This document shows positions 50,425 through 60,686 of a stretch of 64,000 bases of DNA, one piece after another. This DNA is from Promethearchaeota archaeon (GTDB lineage: Archaea > Asgardarchaeota > Lokiarchaeia > Sigyniarchaeales > SOKP01): positions 33,287 through 97,286 of the forward strand of contig JALGVJ010000013.1 in assembly GCA_029838195.1 (NCBI GenBank), in the 5' to 3' direction. Under the pieces are notes generated by a model that did not search any database, was not told the origin of the DNA, and was given only the letters and a program-made list of their open reading frames with translations. The position numbers and the translations under genes were made by a program. The first letter of the stretch is position 1. The number at the start of each line of letters is the position of its first letter.

Positions 50425-52332
50425 TTATTCAATTTTTAAATTCCTTTTTTTTATACATACTACTAATGCTATAATACTTAAGCTCATGAAAACTAAGAAA
50501 AAGCCACCTAAAGGAATGATTTGTTGTTCAATGATAATTGTTGGTGGTGTTTCAGGAATTTCGAAATTTAATTTAAAATTTCTAAACCAGTCCCAATTCC
50601 AATTCCAAATAAGATGTTTAGTGCCTGATAATGTGAAGTAGCATAAGTGATCTATTGTAAAAGAAATGGTATCTCCTTGAATTTGGATTGGTATTTCTTC
50701 CCAAGCGCCTTCTCCATTATTTGCTGTGTCATTAAACCAGAATAGTTGAAAATCGGAGTATAAATTCGTATTCACGGTAATTGTTATATTAATGGGGCCG
50801 GACAAGTTATCTGTATTGTTAATATGAAGATCAAAATAAAAAATAGCTCTTGAAGGAACGTTTTGTAAAGGTATTTCAGTAAAACCAGAAAAAAGTAATA
50901 TGTCGTCACGTGATACCGAAATATTTGCTGTAATTTGAAAACCCGATTGGCCTGAAGGATTAAAAACAATTTGATTTGTAATTCCTTGCTGTAAAGTGGT
51001 TAGATAAACGGGAAAATCGGTTAGATAGAAAAACATTTTGGTTTCATCACGAGGATCCCATAATGTATTGTTTGGTGCATACATGACATGAAGCAAGCCA
51101 TTTTTATAATATTTCAATAGAGCAATTACATTGGTAGAGCTATTTCGTATTTTAACCCAATTTTGCCCGTGTGATACCATGTCGAAATAAAAATTGGATT
51201 TGGCTTTATCATACCAAGAATCTAATGCATCTCCTAAATTGCTTACTTCAGAAGGTACGATATATGGATATTGCAATTGAATATCTCCACTAAGAATGAA
51301 AGGATCGATTTCATTAGCTGCTGCTATATTTGTATCCGTTCTCACTTGAACCCAAGTATTTCCATCCCATTCTGATATGTTAGCTTTTATTACTTGAGCC
51401 GTTAGTAATCCTTTATGAGTATCTACATTAATGTTTTTAAAATTAGTGATAGTAAAGCGCAATTTAGTTGAATAATTATTAATATAAAGAACATCATTTA
51501 TATTAACGGGCCATGTTAAATTGTCAACAGGATTAAAATCGTAAGTTCTGGTATAGTTAATAGTCTGTGGTTCATGATTTTCTCCCGGAGGACCAATGTA
51601 TCCTCGAATCTCTCCCGTTTGAAGTATTCCATTTTCATCATAAATTAAGCGTGCATAAGTTTGTTCGGTATTATTATAGTAATAAATCGAATTACTTGTA
51701 GTAGTCAAGTAAGCTCCATACGTGGGAAGTCTTCCTGAACCATTACTTAACCAATATCCATAAAGCCAGCGCAAGGCATTTGCACACCAAGGAATTTCTA
51801 AAGCACCGGATTCATTTTTAGGAATGAACGGATTTGCTAACAAAGGATCTCCTCCTAACGGACCATTTACATCATAAGGTAACATTTTTTGAGTAACCTG
51901 AGCATTAGTGAAATTAATTAGAGAGGCATTCACTATTGGATGTGCTGACAAATCAGTATATTCCTTCACTGTCATTAAAGTAGCATTAAAATACATTTGT
52001 TTTAGCATGACCGCATAATAATTGACATTTTCACCTGTAGCATTAGGTAAATATCTCATGCTCGTGATATTAAATATTTTCATAGAATCTTGAAAAGAAG
52101 ATCCTTCCAGATTTTTAAGACGCCAAGCTATTATAGTATTATTATTAAAGTCCCAATAACGGTCATAGGATGCACCGATATCTGTAGGAGCAGTCTCCCA
52201 ATCCATGAAAGGAGGACCACCGCCTTGATCTGCCGCAACATAAGTAATTTCTCGTGATACCAACAAAATTCCCGTTAAAGATATAGCTAATAGTAGTATT
52301 AGGAAAATCCCCTTATTTTTCATTAAGACCAC
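50425..52332 (-). CDS. Secreted/surface protein with signal peptide and Loki-CTERM-like membrane anchor
   Basis: Hydrophobic N-terminus, many NxS/T sequons, internal repeats (ARLIYDENGIL and ALLKYYKNGLL), C-terminal IPLGGFFLVF...IKKR. Confidence 0.85.
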   Translation of the reverse strand: MVLMKNKGIFLILLLAISLTGILLVSREITYVAADQGGGPPFMDWETAPTDIGASYDRYWDFNNNTIIAWRLKNLEGSSFQDSMKIFNITSMRYLPNATGENVNYYAVMLKQMYFNATLMTVKEYTDLSAHPIVNASLINFTNAQVTQKMLPYDVNGPLGGDPLLANPFIPKNESGALEIPWCANALRWLYGYWLSNGSGRLPTYGAYLTTTSNSIYYYNNTEQTYARLIYDENGILQTGEIRGYIGPPGENHEPQTINYTRTYDFNPVDNLTWPVNINDVLYINNYSTKLRFTITNFKNINVDTHKGLLTAQVIKANISEWDGNTWVQVRTDTNIAAANEIDPFILSGDIQLQYPYIVPSEVSNLGDALDSWYDKAKSNFYFDMVSHGQNWVKIRNSSTNVIALLKYYKNGLLHVMYAPNNTLWDPRDETKMFFYLTDFPVYLTTLQQGITNQIVFNPSGQSGFQITANISVSRDDILLFSGFTEIPLQNVPSRAIFYFDLHINNTDNLSGPINITITVNTNLYSDFQLFWFNDTANNGEGAWEEIPIQIQGDTISFTIDHLCYFTLSGTKHLIWNWNWDWFRNFKLNFEIPETPPTIIIEQQIIPLGGFFLVFMSLSIIALVVCIKKRNLKIE

Positions 52333-52429
52333 ATTAATTTAGAATTTTATTAGTTATAATTGGTTTTTAAAGATTAAATGTTATAATACTAATTTACTAT
52401 TAAACTTAAAAATTTTCTTATAACTTTTA

Positions 52430-52680
52430 ATGAAGGATTATGAAAAATCAATCGCTATTTTAGGTGGAGGTAATGGCGGCCATCAAATGGCAATAGATTT
52501 AACTCTTAGAGGCTTCTAAGTTATTTTATGTAACATCCTAAATTTAAAAATAATTTACAAAAAACTCTAACGACCAAAACAATAGAATGCACCGGCTTGC
52601 TTGAAGTAAAAGCAGAAATATATAAGACTATTATTGAATATAAAGAATCCTTGGAGCAAGCAGATTTTATTTTAAATTTT
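52430..52680 (+). pseudogene. 5' remnant of an NAD-dependent opine/octopine dehydrogenase-like gene
   Basis: MKDYEKSIAILGGGNGGHQMAIDLTLRGF* then frameshifted HPKFKNNL...ESLEQADFIL; internal stop, frameshift and truncation. Confidence 0.7.
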
Positions 52681-52895
52681 AGATCATGGTCTAAACTTAA
52701 TGTAATCTTGGAAATTTAAAATTTGCTAAGAAATAGAAAATATTTGGGTAAAAAATTTCATGTTTGGTTGTTAATTTTATTTGGAAATACCGATTATTTT
52801 TTATATTGTTTGGATTTTTCATGTTATTGTATATAAAAAGTCAAGCATTATAGGTAATTATAATCAAGGTTATGGGGGGTTTTGATTAATAAATA

Positions 52896-53480
52896 ATGAA
52901 AAGAATCGTGTTCCTTCAACCCGTTGGTATTGTAGAGAGAGATATTCTAATAAAATTGAAAAAGGATTTAGAGTGGGTGTTAAAAGGATATATTAATAAA
53001 GTAAAAATTTCGCTCGAGCCTCTCGAATTAAAACATTCGGAGTATGATGCGTTTCGCAGGCAATATGATGCTTCAAAAATCTTAAAAAGAATAAAGCAGC
53101 TGCAGAGAAAAGAGAATGGATTTCGCATTTTAGGGATTATTGAGGAAGACATGTATGTAACACATTTAAATTTTGTATTCGGAATTGCCCAAAGTCCGAG
53201 AGGAATATTCATTACTTTACCTCAAGCCTGCTTGATTTCAACCACGCGATTACGAGAAAGTTTTTATCGTCGTCCTAAAAATGAGTCGTTATTTGAATTA
53301 AGAATCTTAAAAGAAGCCATTCATGAGCTCGGTCACACGTTCGGGCTTGATCATTGTCGCGAGGAATGTGTCATGCGCTTTTCTAATTGTCTTTCCGACA
53401 CGGATCTTAAACCGGCTAAATTTTGCGAGTCTTGTATCGAAATATTGAATCTTAATTTTTCTTACTTGCGAAGAGATTGA
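52896..53480 (+). CDS. amzA: Archaemetzincin (AmzA-type zinc metalloprotease)
   Basis: RRQYDA, LNFVFGIA, KEAIHELGHTFGLDHC...CVMRFSN...D.K...FCESC. Confidence 0.93.
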   Translation: MKRIVFLQPVGIVERDILIKLKKDLEWVLKGYINKVKISLEPLELKHSEYDAFRRQYDASKILKRIKQLQRKENGFRILGIIEEDMYVTHLNFVFGIAQSPRGIFITLPQACLISTTRLRESFYRRPKNESLFELRILKEAIHELGHTFGLDHCREECVMRFSNCLSDTDLKPAKFCESCIEILNLNFSYLRRD

Positions 53481-54511
53481 ATATTGTCATTATTAGGGGA
53501 ATATTTTTGGCAATATTTGGCGTATAATTCATCTGCTATTTTAAGAATCTTCTTTTTATCCCGTATTAAATCAATCAAATCGGCAGGGATTTCATTGAAT
53601 CCCTTGTATGCTCCGATTAATGAGCCACCTATCGCCGCAACCGTGTCCGTATCTCCTCCAGAGGTTGCCAGCTCGTACAAGCATCTTTTAAAAGAATCTT
53701 TAAGGCTGAGGAAAATAAAGAGGGCGCAAGCAACGGTGCTCATGGCATAAGGATGGACGAAAGCCTTTCCCATGAATTCCTCGATAAAGTATGGCTTTTT
53801 TACTCCAATTTGGGAAAATTTTATCAATCCCGCTTCAAGTGAAAGGTTCATGGCAACACTCGCATGTACTTCCTTGAGCACTTGTCGAAATTCATCTCCT
53901 ATATCATTTTGAGCATAATTTATAGAAGAGATTAACTCTTCGAATAACCTCTCAAGAGAAAAGTTCTCTTTAGGAGCTATATTAACAAGAAAAGCAATAG
54001 CTCGCGCAATGATTACTGCTCCCAATTCTCCTGCTGGATGGAGGTGCGTGATCTTACTGGATTGAATTGCTGCATTTTTCAATTCCATTAAAGATTTATT
54101 GTAAAAAAGCCCTATAGGAGCAATTCTCATGACAGTTCCATTTCCTCCCGAATGGGAAGCGGCTTGTTTCCAATCGATCCCCTGTTTTAATTTTCGAATG
54201 GAACTGTAGCATCCATAGCCAGGACCGATGGGAGGGTCTTCTAACCATTTTATGTATTCTTTAATAAACGTTTTTAAATCAAATCCATCTCCATTTATTA
54301 GTGCTTGAGCCGTATGAAGAGTGAGCTGAGTGTCGTCGGTATAAGTATTAAAAAGAAATTTATTGTTTTGGAGGAATTGTTCAAAATTAGAAAAGCGGGA
54401 TAATACATGAGCACGTGTTTGCCCTTCAAATGGGTGACCCAGAGTGTCACCTATAGCCACTCCGAACAATGTTCCTCGAAATTTATCCAGATAATCTATT
54501 TTTACTTTCAA
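53462..54511 (-). CDS. ADP-ribosylglycohydrolase family protein
   Basis: GVAIGDTLG, YTDDTQL, GNGTVMRIAPIG, GGDTDTVAAIGG. Confidence 0.94.
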   Translation of the reverse strand: MKVKIDYLDKFRGTLFGVAIGDTLGHPFEGQTRAHVLSRFSNFEQFLQNNKFLFNTYTDDTQLTLHTAQALINGDGFDLKTFIKEYIKWLEDPPIGPGYGCYSSIRKLKQGIDWKQAASHSGGNGTVMRIAPIGLFYNKSLMELKNAAIQSSKITHLHPAGELGAVIIARAIAFLVNIAPKENFSLERLFEELISSINYAQNDIGDEFRQVLKEVHASVAMNLSLEAGLIKFSQIGVKKPYFIEEFMGKAFVHPYAMSTVACALFIFLSLKDSFKRCLYELATSGGDTDTVAAIGGSLIGAYKGFNEIPADLIDLIRDKKKILKIADELYAKYCQKYSPNNDNIQSLRK

Positions 54512-54846
54512 GAGGATACTTACCTTTTTTATGGCATTATCATAATATTATCTAATTTTTTTTTGGTTGTTGATAAAATAATAGTGTATTTTCTAAATAA
54601 ATCATGTAAAAAATAACTTTTCATGCGGTGACTAGAAAGGAGGGTTTAATTTCATTGTTTTCTAATTAATCTGACATTTTTGATTTTTCATGGGTTCTTA
54701 GCTCGTGTTGAGAGATACCTCATCTTTTTTGGTAAATTCTTTTCAAGAAAAATTACCTCGATGGGGAGATCTTGAACCATAAAGTATAAGTAAAAAAGCG
54801 CATTATTTTAACAAGAAAATCATCACTAATTTTCAAGAAAGAGCAC

Positions 54847-56150
54847 GTGAGTGAAGAACCCAAAATGAATCAAATTAGGCCAAAAAAGAAAAAGTATGAT
54901 AAAGTCTTGTTGATGTATTCTGGTGGTCTTGACATTCAGAAGGGCTCCTTCTAGTGTGGACATACACCTCCTGCATGATTCGCTGGATACAAGAGACTTA
55001 TGATGCTAAAGTATACACGTTTACAGCAGACTTAGGGCAAGAATTTGCAGATCCTACGAGGTTCAAGGAAATTGAAGAAAAAGCTTATAATTTAGGGGTT
55101 GTCAAGCATTTTACTGTGGATCTAAAGGACGTATTCGTGAAGGATTATATTTTTCCCACGATAAAAGCAAATGGCTTATATCAAGGTGTCTATCCCTTGA
55201 GCACGGCTATTGGGCGTCCGCTAATTGCCATTGAGGCTGTTAAACTTGCTAAAAAAGAAGGGATTACGGTATTAGCTCATGGATGTACGGGGAAAGGAAA
55301 TGATCAGATTCGGATAAACGTGACGGTAAAAGCTCATGCTCCAGAAATGGAGATCTTACAACCGATTATCGAATGGAACATGGGACGAGATGAAGAATTA
55401 AGATACGCAGAACAGCAAGGAATTCCCATTAAAAATCAAAACAAAAAATATAGTACGGATGAAAACTTGTTTGGGCGCAGTGCAGAATGTGATGTCTTAG
55501 AAGATCCAAGCATGGAGCCACCAGAAGATTCTAAAGAATGGACTACTGCTCCAGAAAAAGCTCCTGATACCGCAGAATATATAACCATTAATTTTGAAGA
55601 AGGAGTACCGGTAGGTTTGAACGGCGAGAAAATGAATGGCGTGGACTTGTTAAGAGAATTACATGAAATCGGATGCAAGCACGGCGTTGGCAGAATTGAA
55701 CACATGGAGGATCGAGCAATTGGGTTAAAATCGAGGGAAACATATGAGGTACCAGCTGCTCTGATCCTAATTAAAGCCCACAAGGATCTTGAAAAATATG
55801 TCTGCACGAAGCATGAAAATTCTTTTAAAAATATCGTAGATCAAAGGTGGACGGAATTAGTATATGAAGGACTTTGGGTCGATCCCTTAAGAGAAGCTTT
55901 AGAAGCTTTCATAAATGAGATTAATAAAAAAGTCACGGGCAGCGTGAAAGTAAAGTTATTTAAGGGAAGCGCTGAGGTGGTAGCGCGCGAATCTCCTTTT
56001 GGTTTATATGACCTAAATTTAGCCACCTATGAGACTAAAAGTACATTTAATCAAAGACTAAGTTATGGTTTCATTCCGCTCTTTGGTCTTCAAAGTGAAA
56101 TGGGTTTTTTAGTCAAGCAAAAAATCAAGCAAGAGGAAAAGAAGAAGTGA
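54847..56150 (+). CDS. argG: Argininosuccinate synthase interrupted by a 32-nt intron-like insertion: join(54847..54931,54964..56150), 423 aa
   Basis: Upstream exon ...KYDKVLLMYSGGL joins to DTSCMIRW...; YPLSTAIGRP, AHGCTGKGNDQIR, YSTDENLFGRS, GLKSRETYE; alternative start ATG 54865. Confidence 0.93.
54932..54963 (+). other. Putative bulge-helix-bulge mRNA intron in argG
   Basis: ACATTCAGAAGGGCTCCTTCTAGTGTGGACAT; in-frame TAG at 54952; BHB-type fold whose cut sites restore GGT GGT CTT GAC ACC TCC. Confidence 0.85.
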
Positions 56151-56247
56151 TTCTTTTTCTTGCTTAATTTAAAAATATAAAAAATTTAAAAAAGATAATT
56201 ACTAATTTTATTTTTAAGCAAGAGGAAATAAAAGAGTTTAGCTTATC

Positions 56248-57147
56248 ATGTCAAAATTAGAAAAATTAAAAGGGGTCATTACCGCATTGATTACTCCTTT
56301 TAATGAGGATTTTTCCCTAAATGAAGAAAAATATCGGGAATTCATACGATTTCAAGTGGAAAATGGTTGCCAAATTTTAACCATGGGCACAACTGGAGAG
56401 TCTGCTACTTTATCTCATGAAGAGCATCATATAGCAATCGATATTGCCGTAGATGAAGCCAAAAAAACTGGTAAGGATCCGTTTGTATTAGCGGGGGCGG
56501 GCAGCAATTCTACTAAAGAAGCAATTAGTCTCAGTCAATATGCGGAAAAAGCAGGAGCCGATGCGTTGCTTCAAGTGGTACCTTATTATAACAAACCCGT
56601 TCAACATTCCTTAATTGAACATTTTTCCGCTATAGCAGATTCCGTTTCCATTCCCATCATTTTATACAACGTTCCCAGCAGGACCGTGAGAAATTTAGAC
56701 GTAGAGACCGTGATCACCCTTGCGAATAAAAAAGATAATATTGTGGGCATCAAAGAGGCAAGCGGAAATATTGATCAAATCACGAGGATTATTAAAGGAA
56801 CGCCAGATGATTTTATAGTGTTGAGTGGAGATGATGGAATGACTTATCATCTCATGGCATTGGGAGGGCACGGGGTAATTAGCGTTGCCTCCAACATTAT
56901 CCCTTTAAAAATGGTAGAATTTATTAATTCCATGAAGGAAGGAAATTGGGATAAAGCAAGAAATATGCAGCTGGAATTTTACGATCTTTTTAAAATTTTA
57001 TTCATAGAAACGAATCCGGGGCCGGTAAAATATGCTGCTGAACGTATGGGGATAATGAACATGAGAATGCGCTTGCCGTTAACCCCTCCCTTGGAGCAGA
57101 ATAGAGCAAAAATAGACAAGGTATTAAAGGAATTAAATCTCATTTAA
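56248..57147 (+). CDS. dapA: 4-hydroxy-tetrahydrodipicolinate synthase
   Basis: GTTGES, VPYYNKP, LYNVPSRT, GIKEASG, ETNPGPVK. Confidence 0.96.
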   Translation: MSKLEKLKGVITALITPFNEDFSLNEEKYREFIRFQVENGCQILTMGTTGESATLSHEEHHIAIDIAVDEAKKTGKDPFVLAGAGSNSTKEAISLSQYAEKAGADALLQVVPYYNKPVQHSLIEHFSAIADSVSIPIILYNVPSRTVRNLDVETVITLANKKDNIVGIKEASGNIDQITRIIKGTPDDFIVLSGDDGMTYHLMALGGHGVISVASNIIPLKMVEFINSMKEGNWDKARNMQLEFYDLFKILFIETNPGPVKYAAERMGIMNMRMRLPLTPPLEQNRAKIDKVLKELNLI

Positions 57148-57162
57148 ATGACCTTCTAAGAG

Positions 57163-57993
57163 GTGAATGTCATGATCAAATTGTTAATTTTCGGACCAAC
57201 GGGTTCCATGGGACGATTAATTAGTGGATTGGCTTTAGAAGACGAGGAAATTAAAGTGGTTGCAGCATGTGACGTGGCAGAAATAGGAGAAGATTTGGGG
57301 ATTGTCGTGGGAAAAAGCAACCCGGATCAGATTAAAATCAGCGACGTGAAACATCTTGAAGAAATTATTCAAGCTACAAAACCTGATGTAATGGTGGATT
57401 TTACAACAGCGAGTGCTACTGAATATAATTCAAAAATTTGTATCAACCATCAAGTTCGATGTGTCATAGGAACTACAGGACTATCTGATGGATATCTGAA
57501 AGAATTAGATGAGCTAATAAAAAAAAACCGATGCCCGTGTGTCTTATCTTCAAATATGGCAACAGGTACCAATATTTTTTTCAAAATAGCTTCCCTTTTA
57601 GCTACTTATTTATCGGACTGGGACATTGAAATAATTGAAGCACATCATCACCGTAAAGTGGATGCTCCAAGCGGAACGGCTTTAACGGTGGGGAAATTGA
57701 TTTCAGAAGCCTTAAACGTAAATTTCGAGGAAGTTGCTAAATTTGGCAGGGATAAAGGTCCGAATAAACGAAAAATTGGAGCAAAACAAGAAATTGGAAT
57801 TCATTCAATTCGAGCAGGCGATATTGTAGGAGATCACGTGATAATATTTGCTGGTCCTGGCGAGCGTATTGAATTAAAGCATCAAGCCCATAGTAGAAAT
57901 TGTTTTGCTACAGGTGCCATTAAAGCCATTAAATTCATACAGAATGCCACGGAAAATAAAATTTATTCCATGACCGAAGTTTTAAATTTATAA
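57163..57993 (+). CDS. dapB: 4-hydroxy-tetrahydrodipicolinate reductase
   Basis: G.TGSMG, VDFT, VIGTTG, EAHHHRKVDAPSGTA, IRAGDIVGDH. Confidence 0.96.
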   Translation: MNVMIKLLIFGPTGSMGRLISGLALEDEEIKVVAACDVAEIGEDLGIVVGKSNPDQIKISDVKHLEEIIQATKPDVMVDFTTASATEYNSKICINHQVRCVIGTTGLSDGYLKELDELIKKNRCPCVLSSNMATGTNIFFKIASLLATYLSDWDIEIIEAHHHRKVDAPSGTALTVGKLISEALNVNFEEVAKFGRDKGPNKRKIGAKQEIGIHSIRAGDIVGDHVIIFAGPGERIELKHQAHSRNCFATGAIKAIKFIQNATENKIYSMTEVLNL

Positions 57994-58061
57994 TTTTTTT
58001 TAAAAATAGTTCACTTTTTTTCTAAACTTATTTAACAATTGAATGAATGAGATAAAATTAT

Positions 58062-58085
58062 AAATTGATCAGAGCAGATCAGTTT
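58062..58085. terminator. Hairpin between convergent dapB and dapF
   Basis: AAATTGATC-AGAGCA-GATCAGTTT, 9-bp stem with one G-U pair. Confidence 0.3.
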
Positions 58086-58234
58086 TATCATCAATCTTAT
58101 AGTAGATTTCATCCCGTCTACTCTTCATCGAACTCGATTAAAGGGTATCCAAGCTCTAATCGAATTCATTTATAATTTTATCTCAAGAATCTTAAGAAAG
58201 GAAAGCGTAAAAAATTTATCGGGAAGCAATTCGA

Positions 58235-59116
58235 TTAAAAAGTTAACTCTTCTATATAACCTTTAAAAACATGCGTGATGGGGCCTTCCATGAGTACAGT
58301 CTCGCCCGTGTAGGTGATTAATAAATCGCCTCCATCATTATGCACGGTAATGGGTTTATTTTCTTCCAATATTCCTAAGATCGTTCCAGCAACAACAGCC
58401 GCACAACTGCCCGTGCCACATGATTTGGTAATTCCAACACTCCGTTCAAAAACTCGTAAGCTCAATTCGGTTTTAGACAAGATTTGAATAAACTCAACGT
58501 TCGTATTTTTTGGAAATTTCTCATGAGATTCGATAAGTGCCCCATATTTAAATAAATCGTTATCATCCAATTGATTTTTTACGACAATTACCGCATGAGG
58601 ATTTCCCATGGATACCGCTGTGAATCGCAAGATTTTATCTAAGATGGGAAGAGGTTCATTAATGCACTCCGCCGTATTACTCGAAGGGATCACGGGAATC
58701 TCATTACAATTCAAGATAGGAGGCCCCATGTCAATCTGTACACTAATGACATTACCATTCTTGATATTTAATTTAGCGTGTTGAATCCCTTTAAGAGTTT
58801 CAATGTTTAAGCTCTCTTTTTTCACGATATCGTTTTCATACACGTGTTTGGAAAAGCATCGAATTCCATTTCCACACATCTCAGCTTCCGAACCATCATT
58901 ATTAAAAATTCGCATTCTAATGTCTGCTACCTCTGATTCATTTACAAAAATTAATCCATCGGCGCCTACGGAAAAATGGTGTTCACATAATTTTCGTGCC
59001 AAGTCCGGTTTTTTCTGTTCCGGAATTTTATACTTAATATCATTAATTACGATATAATCATTTCCTAACCCGTGGAGTTTTTCAAATTCGAGATTTTTTA
59101 TGCTTATTGAGCTCAT
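58235..59116 (-). CDS. dapF: Diaminopimelate epimerase
   Basis: KLHGLGNDY, FNNDGSEAEMCGNGIRC, SMGNPH, NVEF, CGTG. Confidence 0.96.
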   Translation of the reverse strand: MSSISIKNLEFEKLHGLGNDYIVINDIKYKIPEQKKPDLARKLCEHHFSVGADGLIFVNESEVADIRMRIFNNDGSEAEMCGNGIRCFSKHVYENDIVKKESLNIETLKGIQHAKLNIKNGNVISVQIDMGPPILNCNEIPVIPSSNTAECINEPLPILDKILRFTAVSMGNPHAVIVVKNQLDDNDLFKYGALIESHEKFPKNTNVEFIQILSKTELSLRVFERSVGITKSCGTGSCAAVVAGTILGILEENKPITVHNDGGDLLITYTGETVLMEGPITHVFKGYIEELTF

Positions 59117-59363
59117 GAGCCATTTCACTTTTATTGGCTTGTTTTTAATGTAAAAGGTACTGAGAAAATAATATTAAAAATCAGTTAAAAAATATTCATT
59201 TTTAAAAATTAAACGTGAATCAAATTAATTGGTGAATTTTATCATGATTTTACTACTAATTTCAGCCATTTTGAATTGCTTTTACCTATAAGATTTATTT
59301 GGTTTATGCCATTCAATCATTTATAGTTTAAGCTAAATCATCCTTACAAGATTGTAGAGAACC

Positions 59364-60638
59364 ATGGGCTTTACCATAACGGAAAAAATTTTAAGAGATC
59401 ATGCTGAAAATAGAAATGTCGTTGCGGGCGATTACGCAATGGTTAAAGTTGATAAATGCTTAGCGAATGACATAACCGCTCCCATAGCCATTGAGGTATT
59501 TAATCAACTCACCGAAGGAACTAATATAGATGTTTTTAATAGAGAAAAAATCATTTTTACTCCTGATCATTTCACTCCTAATAAAGACGTGAAATCCGCT
59601 GAACAATGCAAGTTCTTGCGCGAATTTGCTCATCGGCATGCTATTAAAAATTATTTTGAAGTCGGTCGAGGGGGAATTGAACATTGTCTCATTCCAGAGA
59701 AAGCCTTAGTATCTCCAGGAGAAGTCTTTATTGGAGCAGATTCCCATACATGTACGTTTGGGGCTCTCGGAGCCTTTGCTACTGGCGTAGGTTCTACAGA
59801 TTTAGGTTTTACCTTGGTGTTTGGAAAGTGTTGGTTTAAGATCCCAGAAACAATAAAATTCATCTATTCAGGAAATTTGAATCGGTGGGTATCGGGAAAG
59901 GATCTAATCTTGCATACCATTGGAACGATAGGAGTGGATGGTGCTACTTATAAAGCCATGGAATTCACCGGTGAAGTCATTAAAAGACTTTCAATGGCCG
60001 GTAGATTTACCATGTGTAACATGGCGATTGAAGCTGGTGCTAAAAATGGTATGATCATTCCGGATGAAATCACTATATCATATTTAGAACAAGTGGAAAA
60101 TCACAATTATAAGATTTATAATAGTGATGAAGATGCAGAATATGTTGATACTATTAACATTGAATGTAGTAAACTGGAACCCCAAATCGCCTTGCCTCAT
60201 TCACCGGGTAATGTGAAGCCCATATCTGAAGTAGAGAACATGCGTATTGAAATTGATCAAGCAGTGATCGGTTCATGTACTAATGGACGGTTAGAGGATT
60301 TAAGAATAGCTGCCCAAATATTGAAAGATAACAAGATCCATTATGACGTGCGGTGCATAATCATTCCTGGCACTCCACACATATATCTTGAAGCAGTAAA
60401 AGAAGGCTTAATAGAAATTTTTCTTGAAGCGGGAGCCATCGTGTCGACGCCTACGTGTGGCCCTTGTTTAGGGGGATACATGGGCATATTGGGTGCGGGA
60501 GAAAAAGCCATTTCCACAACCAATCGAAACTTTAAAGGACGAATGGGACACGTTACAAGTGAAATTTATCTCTCGAATCCTGCGATAGCAGCAGCTTCAG
60601 CAATTAAGGGATATATCTCCGCACCTTTCTTGAATTAA
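59364..60638 (+). CDS. leuC: 3-isopropylmalate dehydratase (aconitase family) large subunit
   Basis: GADSHTCT.GA, IGSCTNGR, CGPCLG, TNRNFKGRMG; HacA not excluded. Confidence 0.88.
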   Translation: MGFTITEKILRDHAENRNVVAGDYAMVKVDKCLANDITAPIAIEVFNQLTEGTNIDVFNREKIIFTPDHFTPNKDVKSAEQCKFLREFAHRHAIKNYFEVGRGGIEHCLIPEKALVSPGEVFIGADSHTCTFGALGAFATGVGSTDLGFTLVFGKCWFKIPETIKFIYSGNLNRWVSGKDLILHTIGTIGVDGATYKAMEFTGEVIKRLSMAGRFTMCNMAIEAGAKNGMIIPDEITISYLEQVENHNYKIYNSDEDAEYVDTINIECSKLEPQIALPHSPGNVKPISEVENMRIEIDQAVIGSCTNGRLEDLRIAAQILKDNKIHYDVRCIIIPGTPHIYLEAVKEGLIEIFLEAGAIVSTPTCGPCLGGYMGILGAGEKAISTTNRNFKGRMGHVTSEIYLSNPAIAAASAIKGYISAPFLN

Positions 60639-60686
60639 TTTTATTTTCAATATAATGTTTCACTATTAAGAGGAATAGTTGTTAAC

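Noticed and set aside
43450-52700. Intact provirus or integrative element at tRNA-Pro
   Set aside because: No integrase, transposase, viral genes or duplicated tRNA end seen.
54931-54963. GACAT direct repeat at both ends of the argG insert read as a target-site duplication, or a programmed frameshift
   Set aside because: Deleting between the repeats removes 28 nt and does not restore the frame; a frameshift would leave about 10 extra residues in the ATP-binding loop. Only the 32-nt BHB excision restores the motif.
54954-54968. ORF-track start MWTYTS for ArgG
   Set aside because: The GTG lies inside the insertion, and this product would lack the essential YSGGLD strand and loop encoded upstream.
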